Shown one piece after another: positions 46,916 to 57,172 of a stretch of 64,000 bases of DNA; the first letter of the stretch is position 1; the number at the start of each line of letters is the position of its first letter. The stretch is from Nitrospiraceae bacterium (GTDB lineage: Bacteria; Nitrospirota; Nitrospiria; Nitrospirales; Nitrospiraceae): positions 1 through 64,000 of the forward strand of contig JBBIQV010000006.1 in the NCBI GenBank assembly GCA_037442105.1, in the 5' to 3' direction. Position numbers and translations under genes: made by a program. Under the pieces are notes generated by a model. That model ran no database searches, was not told the DNA's origin, and worked only from the letters and a program-made list of their open reading frames with translations.

Positions 46916-49803
46916 AGAAGTCGGCGCATGCCAAGAGAGAGGAGCCGGAGCGCCGACCGCAACCTGCGGATAGCCTATCGTATGACGTACTGGATGCGCT
47001 GCCGATAGGAACCTGCCTTCTGGACCACAGCGGGTCCGTCGTCTGGTTGAACCGCGAAGCGGCGCGACTGTTGGGGCGTCCACCGGCACTGTGCGTCCGG
47101 AAACCGTTAGGACATCTCCTTGGGTGGGACAGAAACCCATCGGAGTCGGTCACCGCGTTCCCCTCGATCCGTGCGCTCCTGGCCACAGGACAGCCGGCCT
47201 TGGGTGATCGGGAGGTTGTTGCGCACCCACAGGGACGGCGCATGACCGTTGCGTGGACCTGTCGTCCGCTCGATCCAGCGACAGGGCTTGCGGGAGTATT
47301 TAGTTTTCACGATCTCAGCGACGAGATCGAGTTGCAAGAAGACCGGGACCGGTTGGCGCTCATCGCGGAGGAGTCGCCCTCCCCTCTGGTCGAGCTCAAC
47401 GTAGATGCCAACCTCCTCTATGCCAATCCGGCGATGACGTTGCTGTTGGAGAAATTCGGATACACCACCGAAGGATTTCCTCGCGTCCTTCCCGCAAATC
47501 TTCAGCCGCTCGTGCAACAATGTCTGGCGACCGGCCGGAAAGTCGCCCACATCGAAGTCGCGGTTTCCGACGCCTGCTATGCCTGGACTTTCTGCCCGGC
47601 CTCCGCGCATCAAACCGTCCGAGGGTATGCGACCGAACTGACGGACATTCGCGCAACACAACGACAGTTGCGGGATACGGCCGATCATCTCGAACGGGTC
47701 AACGGCGAACTGGACAAGGCATTACAGCAGGCGCAAGAAGCCGTTCGCGTAAAGACCAATTTCTTCGCCACGATGAGCCATGAGCTGCGAACTCCCATGA
47801 ACGGGGTCATCGGAATGACGAGCCTGTTGCTCGAGACGCCGATCTCGGATGAGCAGCGGTCCTATGTCAACACGATCCAGCAATGCGGGGAAGCATTGCT
47901 ATCGATCATCAACGATGTTCTGGACTGCAGCAAGATCGAGGCGGGCAGGTTGGAGCTGGAGTCCATCGACTTCAACCTGCGCACAACGGTCGAGGACGTA
48001 CTTGGGCAGTTCGCTGAACGGGCGGAGAAAAAAGGCATCGAGGTCACAGGGCTGGTCCACGCGTCGGTCCCGACGGGGTTGCGAGGCGACCCGGGGCGAT
48101 TGCGCCAGGTGCTCACGAATCTCGTGGCCAACGCCGTGAAGTTCACTGACAAGGGCAACGTGACGGTCCAGGCGTACCTCGTGGATGAGACGCCCGATTC
48201 GGCGCTTGTGCGCTTCGAGGTGACGGATACCGGCATCGGGATCGCCCCGGAGGTGCAGGAACGATTGTTCACGCCCTTCACCCAAGCGGATAGCTCGACC
48301 ACGAGAAAATACGGGGGAACCGGCCTGGGCCTGTCGATTTGCAGGCAATTGGTGGAGCTCATGGGGGGGGAGATCGGCATCCACAGCCGGCTTGGTCAGG
48401 GGAGCACGTTCTGGTACACCGCCCGATTGAAGAAACAGGCATCGGCTCCCTCTCCTCCGGTGACTCCGGCAGAACTCGCGGGTCGGCGCGTGCTTATCGT
48501 GGACGACAACGAATCCAATCGAACGATCCTCCACCATCTGGTCGGCATGTGGGGTATGCAGGACGATCACGCGGAGGACGCCGATCAGGCGCTCCAGATG
48601 GTGGACAAAGCTTCCGCCAGCCGACAACCGTACGACTTGGCGATCCTCGACATGATGATGCCGGGCAAGAACGGACTTGATCTCGCGAAAAGCCTGAAGT
48701 CCCACCCGACCGGGCAACGGATCAAACTCGTGATCCTGACCTCTCTCGTCCAACGGGGTCAGGCTGAGCAGGCCCGGCAAGCCGGCATTACCGCCTATCT
48801 CACAAAACCGGTACGACACGACCAGCTCTACGAATGTCTTCGCACAGTGCTGGGTCTTGTCCCGGCGGTTGCGGCCGACCGCTCCGGAGCTGGCGCCGAC
48901 CAGACCGAGGCTCCGCCGTTCATTACCCGGCATACGCTGGCGGAGAATCAGCGTCGGTTGCGCGTCCTGGTGGCGGAAGATAACGTGATCAACCAGAAGT
49001 TGACGGTGCGGCTGCTGGAACTGCTGGGATATCAGGTCGATGTGGTGGCGAACGGACAAGAAGCCATCGAGGCATTGGAGCGAACGCCCTACGCCGTCGT
49101 CATGATGGATTGCCAGATGCCGGTCATGGATGGATTCGAGGCGACGCGGCGCATTCGCGAACGGGAACGGTCGCGAGTCCAAAGTCATCAAGTCGAAAGT
49201 CCGAAGTCGGAAGACTTGACGACTTTAGGACTTTCTGACTTTCGACGCATTCCCATCATCGCCCTGACGGCCAACGCGATGCAGGGCGACCGGGATCGTT
49301 GTCTCACAGCCGGCATGGACGACTATTTGTCCAAGCCGGTCAAGAAGGACGAGTTGAGCGCCACACTCCAACGATGGTTCCCTACGGCGCAGCCGGCTCA
49401 CGGACGATCCGATAATAGCCGGCCAACAGACTTTCCGGGCGTGACGACGTCCTCCTTCGACCCAGCGATGATTCTGCAAAACATCGGCGGCGATGAAGAG
49501 ATCCTTCAGCAACTACTGGCCATGTTCGTGACCCGTTCGCCGGGAATGCTTCAGCAGATCTCCGACGCAATCGAGGCTTGCGATGCCCGAGGCTTGGAGC
49601 ACTCTGCTCATGCGATGAAAGGTACCGCGGGAAATCTGTGCGCCGCTACCGTGGCCTCCATTGCCGGTCAACTGGAAGCTCTCGGACGAATGGGGCAAGT
49701 GGTAGAAGCGGCGGGCGTCATGGAACAGCTTCAACAGGCCGTGTCCCGCGTGGTCCAAGACATCCGGCAGTTACAAACCTACCGGAAATCCGTCCTCGCC
49801 TAG
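46912..49803 (+). CDS. Hybrid sensor histidine kinase (PAS, PAS, HisKA, HATPase, REC, REC, Hpt)
   Basis: MSHELRTPMNG, NAVKFT, DTGIG, GGTGLGL, two REC domains, AHAMKG. Confidence 0.95.
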   Translation: MKKSAHAKREEPERRPQPADSLSYDVLDALPIGTCLLDHSGSVVWLNREAARLLGRPPALCVRKPLGHLLGWDRNPSESVTAFPSIRALLATGQPALGDREVVAHPQGRRMTVAWTCRPLDPATGLAGVFSFHDLSDEIELQEDRDRLALIAEESPSPLVELNVDANLLYANPAMTLLLEKFGYTTEGFPRVLPANLQPLVQQCLATGRKVAHIEVAVSDACYAWTFCPASAHQTVRGYATELTDIRATQRQLRDTADHLERVNGELDKALQQAQEAVRVKTNFFATMSHELRTPMNGVIGMTSLLLETPISDEQRSYVNTIQQCGEALLSIINDVLDCSKIEAGRLELESIDFNLRTTVEDVLGQFAERAEKKGIEVTGLVHASVPTGLRGDPGRLRQVLTNLVANAVKFTDKGNVTVQAYLVDETPDSALVRFEVTDTGIGIAPEVQERLFTPFTQADSSTTRKYGGTGLGLSICRQLVELMGGEIGIHSRLGQGSTFWYTARLKKQASAPSPPVTPAELAGRRVLIVDDNESNRTILHHLVGMWGMQDDHAEDADQALQMVDKASASRQPYDLAILDMMMPGKNGLDLAKSLKSHPTGQRIKLVILTSLVQRGQAEQARQAGITAYLTKPVRHDQLYECLRTVLGLVPAVAADRSGAGADQTEAPPFITRHTLAENQRRLRVLVAEDNVINQKLTVRLLELLGYQVDVVANGQEAIEALERTPYAVVMMDCQMPVMDGFEATRRIRERERSRVQSHQVESPKSEDLTTLGLSDFRRIPIIALTANAMQGDRDRCLTAGMDDYLSKPVKKDELSATLQRWFPTAQPAHGRSDNSRPTDFPGVTTSSFDPAMILQNIGGDEEILQQLLAMFVTRSPGMLQQISDAIEACDARGLEHSAHAMKGTAGNLCAATVASIAGQLEALGRMGQVVEAAGVMEQLQQAVSRVVQDIRQLQTYRKSVLA
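49170..49246. repeat. 7/8-mer inverted hairpin in frame inside second REC domain
   Basis: GTCCAAA GTCATCAA GTCGAAA GTCCGAA GTCGGAA / GACTTGAC GACTTTAG GACTTTCT GACTTTC GAC. Confidence 0.75.
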
Positions 49804-49819
49804 CTCCAATTCTTATTGC

Positions 49820-50788
49820 TCACCGTGCCATGATCCGCATCGCCAGATCTAAGAGCACCCCTTCCCGCAGGCCGAAATCGCTGACCAAGCATTCTGATAT
49901 CTCGAACGTTTCCATGACGATCCGCAGAATAAGCGTGCCGGCGAGGATCACGTCTTCGCGGCCCGCTTCCAGTCCCGGCATACCTCGCCGTTGAGCTTTC
50001 GTATGAGAGAGGAGGTCGCCTTGCAGATTCCGAACCGTCACCAGTTTCAGCCGATAGTTGTGGATGCGAGCCGGCTCGTATGCCGGCAATTGCTGGGCCA
50101 TCGCCGCCAGTGTGGTGATGGTCCCTGCTGTGCCGACAAACGTGGCGCTCTCAAGCTTGCCCATCCCTGCCACCGCCGACTTGGTGTCTCGTTCAACCAG
50201 CTCACAAGCTGCCCGCACTTCATCATCGCTCGGAGGATCATGGTGTAAGAATCGCTCGGTCAAGCGAACGACGCCCACATCGATCGAACGCACGATCGAA
50301 GGCTGGCCCGGACGGTCCAGGATGAATTCTGTGCTTCCGCCGCCAATGTCGAGCGCCAACATATCGGTGACTCCGACCGGCAAGCCAGACCTGATACCGA
50401 GCATGGTGCGGCGCGCTTCCTCTTCGCCGGTGATCAGCTCCACCTCAAACCCCGCTTCGCGCTTCACGCGATCAAGAAACTCATCTCGGTTCTTTGCATC
50501 GCGCACGGCGCTGGTCGCGACCACCGTCGTGGCGTCAACCTGATGGCAGTCGATGATCGTGCGCCATTCACGCAACGTGACGAGCACCCGATCCATCGCA
50601 TCGACGCGCAAGACTCGATCCCGATCGACTCCCTGGCCGAGCCGAAGGATCCGCCGATCCGATCGGATTTCCTCTAACTTGTCCGTCTTTGCCACCCGGG
50701 CGATGAGCAAGCGGCAGGTGAGGGTGCCGATATCAATCCCTGCCAGTACAAGACTGCTCGGAGCCTTCTCTTTCACGCTCTCCTCCAC
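49820..50788 (-). CDS. ppx: Ppx/GppA family phosphatase
   Basis: IDIGT, ATSAVRDA, GEEEA, DIGGGSTE, GLREG. Confidence 0.9.
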   Translation of the reverse strand: MEESVKEKAPSSLVLAGIDIGTLTCRLLIARVAKTDKLEEIRSDRRILRLGQGVDRDRVLRVDAMDRVLVTLREWRTIIDCHQVDATTVVATSAVRDAKNRDEFLDRVKREAGFEVELITGEEEARRTMLGIRSGLPVGVTDMLALDIGGGSTEFILDRPGQPSIVRSIDVGVVRLTERFLHHDPPSDDEVRAACELVERDTKSAVAGMGKLESATFVGTAGTITTLAAMAQQLPAYEPARIHNYRLKLVTVRNLQGDLLSHTKAQRRGMPGLEAGREDVILAGTLILRIVMETFEISECLVSDFGLREGVLLDLAMRIMAR

Positions 50789-50790
50789 GC

Positions 50791-51114
50791 TCAGCCCTCG
50801 CTCTTGATCTCTTCCATCTCTCCTTCGATTTTTTCCCGCTGCTCCCGCAAGACCTGGACTTGTTTGGCCAGTCGTCCGATCTCCATATCAGACAAGACGC
50901 GTTCGGCCGGCTCGCCCCGCTCATGCAACTCGATAGCCCGCTCGCCGATGTCGCGAGAGAGATCGCTGACCCGTTGATCCAGCTTCCGCATCTCCAGGCG
51001 GAGTTTCAATAGCTCGGTTTCTTCCAGCGCTCGATTCGCGGCTTGCGCCGTGCCATGCCGCAACGTCGCCCAACCCGCTTTCAAATCATGTTTCAGCCGC
51101 TGTATCAGTCCCAT
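50791..51114 (-). CDS. Hypothetical coiled-coil protein
   Basis: 107-aa helical ORF coupled to ppx. Confidence 0.75.
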   Translation of the reverse strand: MGLIQRLKHDLKAGWATLRHGTAQAANRALEETELLKLRLEMRKLDQRVSDLSRDIGERAIELHERGEPAERVLSDMEIGRLAKQVQVLREQREKIEGEMEEIKSEG

Positions 51115-51142
51115 ATCTTTCCTGCGAGCACTCTACTTTTTC

Positions 51143-51235
51143 GGAGGGGGCTGAACCGAGCCCCATTGCGCGCGTCGAACGACCACTTTCCGAAGCGGGG
51201 GTTCCGCGAGCACCGGGATCAGTCCAGCCCCCTCC
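51143..51235. repeat. 93-nt structured dispersed element, copy 1
   Basis: Terminal IR GGAGGGGGCTG/CAGCCCCCTCC; core matches 60809-60860 at 42/52. Confidence 0.8.
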
Positions 51236-53802
51236 TAGCTCACCGATCCCAAATCCAACTTCGCCTGCCACCGGCGGAGCATGGCAGCTTTCAACGTCCG
51301 GTGTTGCGGCACGGCCAGCAGCGGGTCCTGCTTGAGCAGGGCAGAAGCCTCTTGCCTCGCCTGCTGCAGTAAGTCCGCATCGCGGATCAAATTGGCCGCT
51401 CGAAATTCCGGCATCCCCCATTGCCGGAACCCAAAGAACTCTCCTGGCCCCCTAATCCGCAGGTCGGCTTCCGCAATCACAAAACCATCGTTCGATTTGA
51501 CCAAGGCCTCCAGCCGTTGTCGCGCCAGCGACGCTGAGGCGAGCATGCTATCACTCGCGTTCGCTCGTTGCACGGTGCGGCCGCCGGTCCTCGATGAAAG
51601 CAGGAGGCAATACGACTGCTGCGCGCCTCGCCCCACTCGCCCGCGCAATTGATGGAGTTGCGCAAGTCCGAACCGCTCCGCATGTTCCACCACCATGACC
51701 GACGCGTTCGGCACATCCATCCCTACTTCGATGATCGTCGTCGCCACCAGCACGTTGATTTTGCCCGCTTTGAACGCGGCCATCGTCCGCTCTTTCTCCA
51801 CCGAGCGCAGACGCCCATGGAGAAGCCCCACCGTGACGTGTCGGAATTCCTCCTGCCGGAGGCGTTCCGCCGCTTGGATCGCAGCCTGCAGATCGGTTTT
51901 CTCCGACTCCTCCACGAGCGGATACACGATGAAGGCCTGGCATCCGGCCTCCACATGATCCTTGACGATCCGATACGCACGGCAGCGTTGTGACTCGGCG
52001 AAGAGCAGAGTCTTCACCGGCTTCCGTCCCGGCGGCAATGCGTCGATCATCGACACGTCGAGGTCGCCGTAGACCGTCATGGCCAACGTCCTGGGAATCG
52101 GCGTGGCGGTGAGCACAAGAACGTCCGGCCTGTAGCCCTTGTCGATGAGACTTTTCCGTTGCAAGACCCCGAAGCGATGTTGCTCATCGATGACCGCCAG
52201 CCCCAGCTTGGCGAACTTCACGCCTCTCTGAATGAGCGCATGCGTCCCGATCACCACCTGTATCTGACCCGTTTCGATCTTCGTAAGCAGGACCACACGT
52301 TGCCTAGCTCCTCCGCTGCCCGTCAGTACCGCGACCGACAAACCCAGTTGTTCGAGGAAACCTCGCAGGGTATAGCCATGCTGCTCCGCCAGAATCTCCG
52401 TCGGCGCCATCAAGGCAGCCTGATACCCGGAGCCGCAGGCCATCACGATCGCATGAAGCGCAACGACGGTTTTGCCGGAGCCCACGTCACCCTGAATAAG
52501 GCGATTCATGGGCCGGTGACTCGCCATATCCTGCCGAATCTCCATCCATGCTCGCTCTTGCGCAGTGGTCAACCTGAACGGCAAGGCCTTGCCCAACCGC
52601 GCCAGCAAAGACGTGGCGGGATCAAATTGAATCCCCTTCACCTCGCATTTGACTGCCCGCTGACGACTTGCCAAAGCCACCTGTAGAAGGAACAGCTCCT
52701 CGAACGCCAACCGCCGATGAGCCGCTGTGACGCCTCGATCAAGCGCGGCGAGATCGGTTCCGGCAACGGGGAAATGTACCTCGGCCACCGCCTGTTGAAT
52801 GGGACACAGGTGATACTTCGCCCTTACCTGAACCGGTAGGGCTTCTTCGAGACCGGGGAGATATTCCTCGATCAGGTCTTTGACGAGCACGCGCATCTGG
52901 CGCGAGGTCCATCCCTTCGTTTCGTGATAAATCGGCACGATGCGTCCTACATGCACGGTGCCATCTGTTTCCTCGCCCAACACTTCGTACTGATCGACGT
53001 CCATCCGGAGTTCCATCCAACCGCCCCGACCGGCGAGCACCCGTCCCGCCAACATGATGCGCGACCCGACGGCTAATACCTTTTCAAGGTACGGCTGGTT
53101 AAAGAACACGGCTTGGAGGCGGCCGGTCCGGTCTTGCACGGTCACCTCCAATACCGTCAGCCGTTTGTACCTCGCGCCACGGAGCTGACTCGCCACGATG
53201 ACGCCGCAAACGGTCGCCTCCCCACCAGGAACGACACGGGCGATGGGGGTGATCACCGAACGGTCTTCGTAGCGCCAGGGTAGGCACCAGAACGCATCTT
53301 CAACGGTCTTCACGCCCAGTCGCTCCAGCAATGCCGCTCGTTTGGGCCCGACTCCTTTGGCATACCGAATCGCAAGGGTTTTCACATCCAGCGAAGCCTG
53401 CAGGTGGCCCACCGATTTGGGCGTCCGCCGGCCCGGCTTGACTTGTCCCTCTTTCGGAGTGTCCTCAAGAGAGCCGGCGCGCAGGCTCGCGAGAATCATG
53501 CGAGCCCGGGCAAGCCGGCGCAACTGCTCGGCAGGAGACAAACCCGCGTGAAAGTCGACGAACAACTGGCGAAGATCGAGCAGGCGGCCTTCAACCAGAG
53601 GAGAATACACGCCGGCCGACAGTGCCTCGATAATTTGTGACGAGATGAACGGTCCGAGATTTTTGATCGAAGAGAGATGCGACCCCTGATCCCGTAAGGC
53701 AAAGTCGATCGGGCGCTCGACCCGTTGCAAGAAATCATGCAACGGTCGCACAAGCGGTGTCGCACTGGATTGTGTCGAAGGCGAGGTGAATCGGATGGTC
53801 AT
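51235..53802 (-). CDS. recG: ATP-dependent DNA helicase RecG
   Basis: QGDVGSGKT, MAPTEILAEQH, IDEQHRFG, TATPIPR, QLHQLRGRVGRG. Confidence 0.97.
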   Translation of the reverse strand: MTIRFTSPSTQSSATPLVRPLHDFLQRVERPIDFALRDQGSHLSSIKNLGPFISSQIIEALSAGVYSPLVEGRLLDLRQLFVDFHAGLSPAEQLRRLARARMILASLRAGSLEDTPKEGQVKPGRRTPKSVGHLQASLDVKTLAIRYAKGVGPKRAALLERLGVKTVEDAFWCLPWRYEDRSVITPIARVVPGGEATVCGVIVASQLRGARYKRLTVLEVTVQDRTGRLQAVFFNQPYLEKVLAVGSRIMLAGRVLAGRGGWMELRMDVDQYEVLGEETDGTVHVGRIVPIYHETKGWTSRQMRVLVKDLIEEYLPGLEEALPVQVRAKYHLCPIQQAVAEVHFPVAGTDLAALDRGVTAAHRRLAFEELFLLQVALASRQRAVKCEVKGIQFDPATSLLARLGKALPFRLTTAQERAWMEIRQDMASHRPMNRLIQGDVGSGKTVVALHAIVMACGSGYQAALMAPTEILAEQHGYTLRGFLEQLGLSVAVLTGSGGARQRVVLLTKIETGQIQVVIGTHALIQRGVKFAKLGLAVIDEQHRFGVLQRKSLIDKGYRPDVLVLTATPIPRTLAMTVYGDLDVSMIDALPPGRKPVKTLLFAESQRCRAYRIVKDHVEAGCQAFIVYPLVEESEKTDLQAAIQAAERLRQEEFRHVTVGLLHGRLRSVEKERTMAAFKAGKINVLVATTIIEVGMDVPNASVMVVEHAERFGLAQLHQLRGRVGRGAQQSYCLLLSSRTGGRTVQRANASDSMLASASLARQRLEALVKSNDGFVIAEADLRIRGPGEFFGFRQWGMPEFRAANLIRDADLLQQARQEASALLKQDPLLAVPQHRTLKAAMLRRWQAKLDLGSVS

Positions 53803-53927
53803 GGGAAGCCGCAGCGGACAGGATGCACAGCCATGCGCGCCATTGCCCTATCGATCACGGTCGTCGCGCATCGTAGCATAGGCATCCCCCCCTCACAATG
53901 ACGCGTCCCATCGTCGTGAATCAGACT

Positions 53928-53987
53928 AGCGAACAGCCGATAGTCAGCAGCGAGTAGCTCAAAACCATTTGCTCTCAGTTATTCGCT
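53928..53987. repeat. Heptamer hairpin, homologue of the 45409 element
   Basis: 52/60 identical ungapped to 45409-45468. Confidence 0.8.
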
Positions 53988-54051
53988 TCTTGGCGATCGC
54001 AGCAGAACTGCTCATGAATAATGCACGCTAGGGTGGTACAGGTTACAATGC

Positions 54052-55518
54052 GTGGTGGAGTATCCAATGTATCGACGAAACATCTTCTATATCTTGAGCT
54101 ACTTAGCGGCCGGTGTTGGTCTGTTCATCCTGTACCACGCGTGGATCAAACCCACCTTTTTTCAGCCCGCGCCGATTCCCCCGTCGACTACGGTCGAAAC
54201 AGAGGATGAGCAGACCGGCACGGATCGGAACCGCGAGGAGGAATTACGTTTGGCTGAATCGAAGCAGGCCCGCATTATTGAATCGGGTCCGGCTCCAATG
54301 TCGCCGCATGTCACGACGCTGGAGAGCCTCCGTGACGAATTGGAGAAAGGCCACGCATCAGAGGTCGAATCGAGACTGACCAACCTCTCTCCGACAATGC
54401 TGGCCGAGCCACAAGTTCGGCGATATGTGGCCGTCCTCTGGAACAACCTCGGCATTCTCCAAGAACAAACAGGCGGCACCGCCGTCTCGGTCAAGGCTTT
54501 CAAAAAAGCCGTGTCCCTCGATCCAAGCAACCCGGTCGCGCACTTGAACCTTGCTCACGCCTTTTGGGCACTTCGAGATCCGGAACTCACGGAGGAGTTC
54601 CTGCACAAGGTGATACAGCTTGTGCCGGCTGAGGCTTTCCCCCACCTGGCAATGGCAGACCTGCTGCAAGAGCGGGACAACCTTGCAGGAGCCGCGCTGC
54701 ACCTCGATCAAGCAGCAGAGCTCGCACAGCAAGACCCTGCTCTGCAATCCTACCTCCAAACGGTGTCGGCAAAGGTCCGTCACGCGGACAGAACTGAGCA
54801 GCGCCTTACCTCACGCGGGAACGCTCATTTCACCGTGAAGTTCGACGGTGAAGAAGATCGGGCGACCTGGACCAGAGTGCTGGATATTCTGGAAGAGGCC
54901 TATCGAGACATCGGGCAAAAGTTCGGGCATTTCCCCGGCAATCCGGTCGTCGTCGTCCTGCACACCCGAGAGAGTTTTCATAGCGCGACAGGAATCCCTA
55001 CGTGGGCGGACGGTCTCTTTGATCCTGTGCTGGGCCGGATTCACGTGCCGACGCAAGGGGCATTGACGGACCAGACCTGGCTCACCCGTGTCCTCCGGCA
55101 TGAGTACGTGCACGCCATCCTGCAGGATCAGTTAGGCATGGAAGCTGGATCGATTCCAACCTGGCTCAATGAAGGCCTGGCGATGCAATTGGCAGGAGAT
55201 CCCTGGGCGGACGTCGATCAACTGATACGAGCGGAAGTCGCGCTTGTTCCGCTCGCAACGCTGGAAGGGGGATGGGGCCACCTCTCAAGCGGAGCTGCCA
55301 GCGTCGCCTATCTTGAAGCCAGCTTCGCAACCCACTACCTGATCGACCGGTTCGGCATGGAGCACGTGAGGGATCTGTTGAAGGTGTTGAAGGCGAGTCG
55401 ATCTGTGCAGGAGGCAATGCAAGACCAGCTTTTCCTGACCTACGAGCAGTTCGACCGCCAGTGGGTGGACGATCTCAATGCGAAACTCAAGTCCGGGAAG
55501 TTACTCACGGCTCGTTAA
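54052..55518 (+). CDS. Membrane-anchored TPR + zinc metallopeptidase (MA-like) protein
   Basis: N-terminal TM, TPRs, HEYVH and WLNEGLA; start may be ATG 54067. Confidence 0.85.
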   Translation: MVEYPMYRRNIFYILSYLAAGVGLFILYHAWIKPTFFQPAPIPPSTTVETEDEQTGTDRNREEELRLAESKQARIIESGPAPMSPHVTTLESLRDELEKGHASEVESRLTNLSPTMLAEPQVRRYVAVLWNNLGILQEQTGGTAVSVKAFKKAVSLDPSNPVAHLNLAHAFWALRDPELTEEFLHKVIQLVPAEAFPHLAMADLLQERDNLAGAALHLDQAAELAQQDPALQSYLQTVSAKVRHADRTEQRLTSRGNAHFTVKFDGEEDRATWTRVLDILEEAYRDIGQKFGHFPGNPVVVVLHTRESFHSATGIPTWADGLFDPVLGRIHVPTQGALTDQTWLTRVLRHEYVHAILQDQLGMEAGSIPTWLNEGLAMQLAGDPWADVDQLIRAEVALVPLATLEGGWGHLSSGAASVAYLEASFATHYLIDRFGMEHVRDLLKVLKASRSVQEAMQDQLFLTYEQFDRQWVDDLNAKLKSGKLLTAR

Positions 55519-55530
55519 CGAACCGGCACT

Positions 55531-56511
55531 TTACCAAGTCCTCAAAAAACTCTCCCGAAGTGGGCCATACTGAATCAACTCACGGCTGGATGAATTCTCT
55601 TCCTGGCGAGGCCACAATGGAAGGACACGCGCCTGGTCATCTTCCTGCTGAACGCTCTTCCCCACTTCCCGCAACGAATCGAAGGCATCTTGCCACATCA
55701 ATTCTCCACGCATCTCACTATAGGCAAGAATCGTGAAATCGAACGTGTGACGCAAGCCCGGCGTTGGAATCACCGTCCACCCGCGACCATGGACAATCCG
55801 CTCGACGCGAGCAATGCCACGACCCTCCGCCGCAAAGTGATCTTCCCAGATAAGCGCCCCGGATAAGGGATCTCGTGCTCGCAGGAGAAAGTAGGGTTGG
55901 ACTGACGACGGCTCCGGATTCGAGACTCGCATGACCGTCGCGCGAAGCCGCGCCACAGTTGCCACAGGACTCGCGGCCCCCTCTTGCCCTCCGGGATTCA
56001 GATTCAGTTGCCCTTGCCACAGAAACTTGCCGGTTGCCGCATCATACACGCGGAGCAGAAACTGGGAGAGCCCATTGGCGCCCACACCAATACCCCCGGC
56101 GAAGATGCGCTCTCGCACCGGTGTGGACGTCGGCGTCCCTTCCTCGTGCACATCGAGATCGTAGGACTCTTCAGTAAGCACCGTTCCACTGTTCGGATCG
56201 TAGGTTCTGATGAGGATAGTCGACGTTCCGGCTGCCTGGTAACCAAAGCCGGCCGCCACGACGGGCTGCTGGGTCTCGCGCGCCGTGAGTTTGGCCGTCC
56301 CATGCGATTGGGCGAGGCTCAACCGCCCAGGAAAGTCATAACCGGCTCCGAACGCGACGCTCGCCGTGAGCATAGTGCCGAGGCCAACAGCGATTCCCCA
56401 CCGGCATCTGTTTGATCGTTGGAGTCCCCTCGATGCTCGTGCCATGACGGTACGGGGGAGCGCCCATGGCCACCACCTCATCAGAGTCAACATCCATTGC
56501 CAGAGGTTCAT
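55531..56511 (-). CDS. Hypothetical, probably exported beta-rich protein
   Basis: AGGAGG RBS; hydrophobic segment; repeated YD..TG..LW motifs. Confidence 0.7.
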   Translation of the reverse strand: MNLWQWMLTLMRWWPWALPRTVMARASRGLQRSNRCRWGIAVGLGTMLTASVAFGAGYDFPGRLSLAQSHGTAKLTARETQQPVVAAGFGYQAAGTSTILIRTYDPNSGTVLTEESYDLDVHEEGTPTSTPVRERIFAGGIGVGANGLSQFLLRVYDAATGKFLWQGQLNLNPGGQEGAASPVATVARLRATVMRVSNPEPSSVQPYFLLRARDPLSGALIWEDHFAAEGRGIARVERIVHGRGWTVIPTPGLRHTFDFTILAYSEMRGELMWQDAFDSLREVGKSVQQEDDQARVLPLWPRQEENSSSRELIQYGPLRESFLRTW

Positions 56512-56677
56512 ACAGCTCCTCCTGTTGAGCGTTATTCTGCAGGTGGAGCCGTGTCACGGTAAATTCCACAGAGGTTCATAATCCCCCCCAAAAGGGGGAT
56601 GCGGCGATCGACGATCCGACCGATCAGGAACTTTCAAATGATGAGAACTGGCTATGGCAGGAAATGAAGTCAGTCTG

Positions 56678-57113
56678 TCAACGCAGGTGTGTAACCGCCC
56701 CGAACCAGCGATAGCGGTTCACCGGCTCACTTACCGGCGGACGAATCACAAGAACCTGCACGTCCGCGGGGAGATCGAGCCAGTGTGAGAAACAGACGTC
56801 CTCCAGGCAATCCGGGCAGGAGAGGAAGGAATGCCTCCAAGCCACGCTGAATTTTCCCATCCGGCTGGAGCAGAAACGCCGCTTCCGGCCGGCCTGGTTG
56901 ATACTCAGCCCCTAAACTGCGGGCCGCCTCCTCAGACTGATAGGGCACGAATCGCATGGACCGATCCAGGCCATCCCTACCCCATCGTTCCAGACCAGCC
57001 TTGGCCGTCATGCACAGGCGACAATCGCCGTCGTAGATGAGCAGGCGTTCCTGATTCCTTGAGACCTGATCTGCCATCGGATGACCTGCGAGTCTGCTCA
57101 TGTGGTCCATCAC
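56678..57113 (-). pseudogene. DCC1-like thiol-disulfide oxidoreductase (DUF393), apparently frameshifted near the 3' end
   Basis: YDGDCRLC motif; family-typical NRYRWFG lies in another frame beyond the stop at 56727. Confidence 0.65.
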
Positions 57114-57172
57114 TGTACTACCCCAAGCAAGCGACGGTTGCCGTCCGCGCGAGTCGCCGCTATAGTCGAAAC

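Noticed and set aside
51143..51235. 93-nt element as a tRNA or intrinsic terminator
   Set aside because: Folds as a single long hairpin without cloverleaf or T-loop motif, and no U-tract follows it on either strand.
56501..56580. 12-bp direct repeat CAGAGGTTCATA and small CCCCC/GGGGG hairpin nearby
   Set aside because: Only two copies and no supporting context; could be chance.
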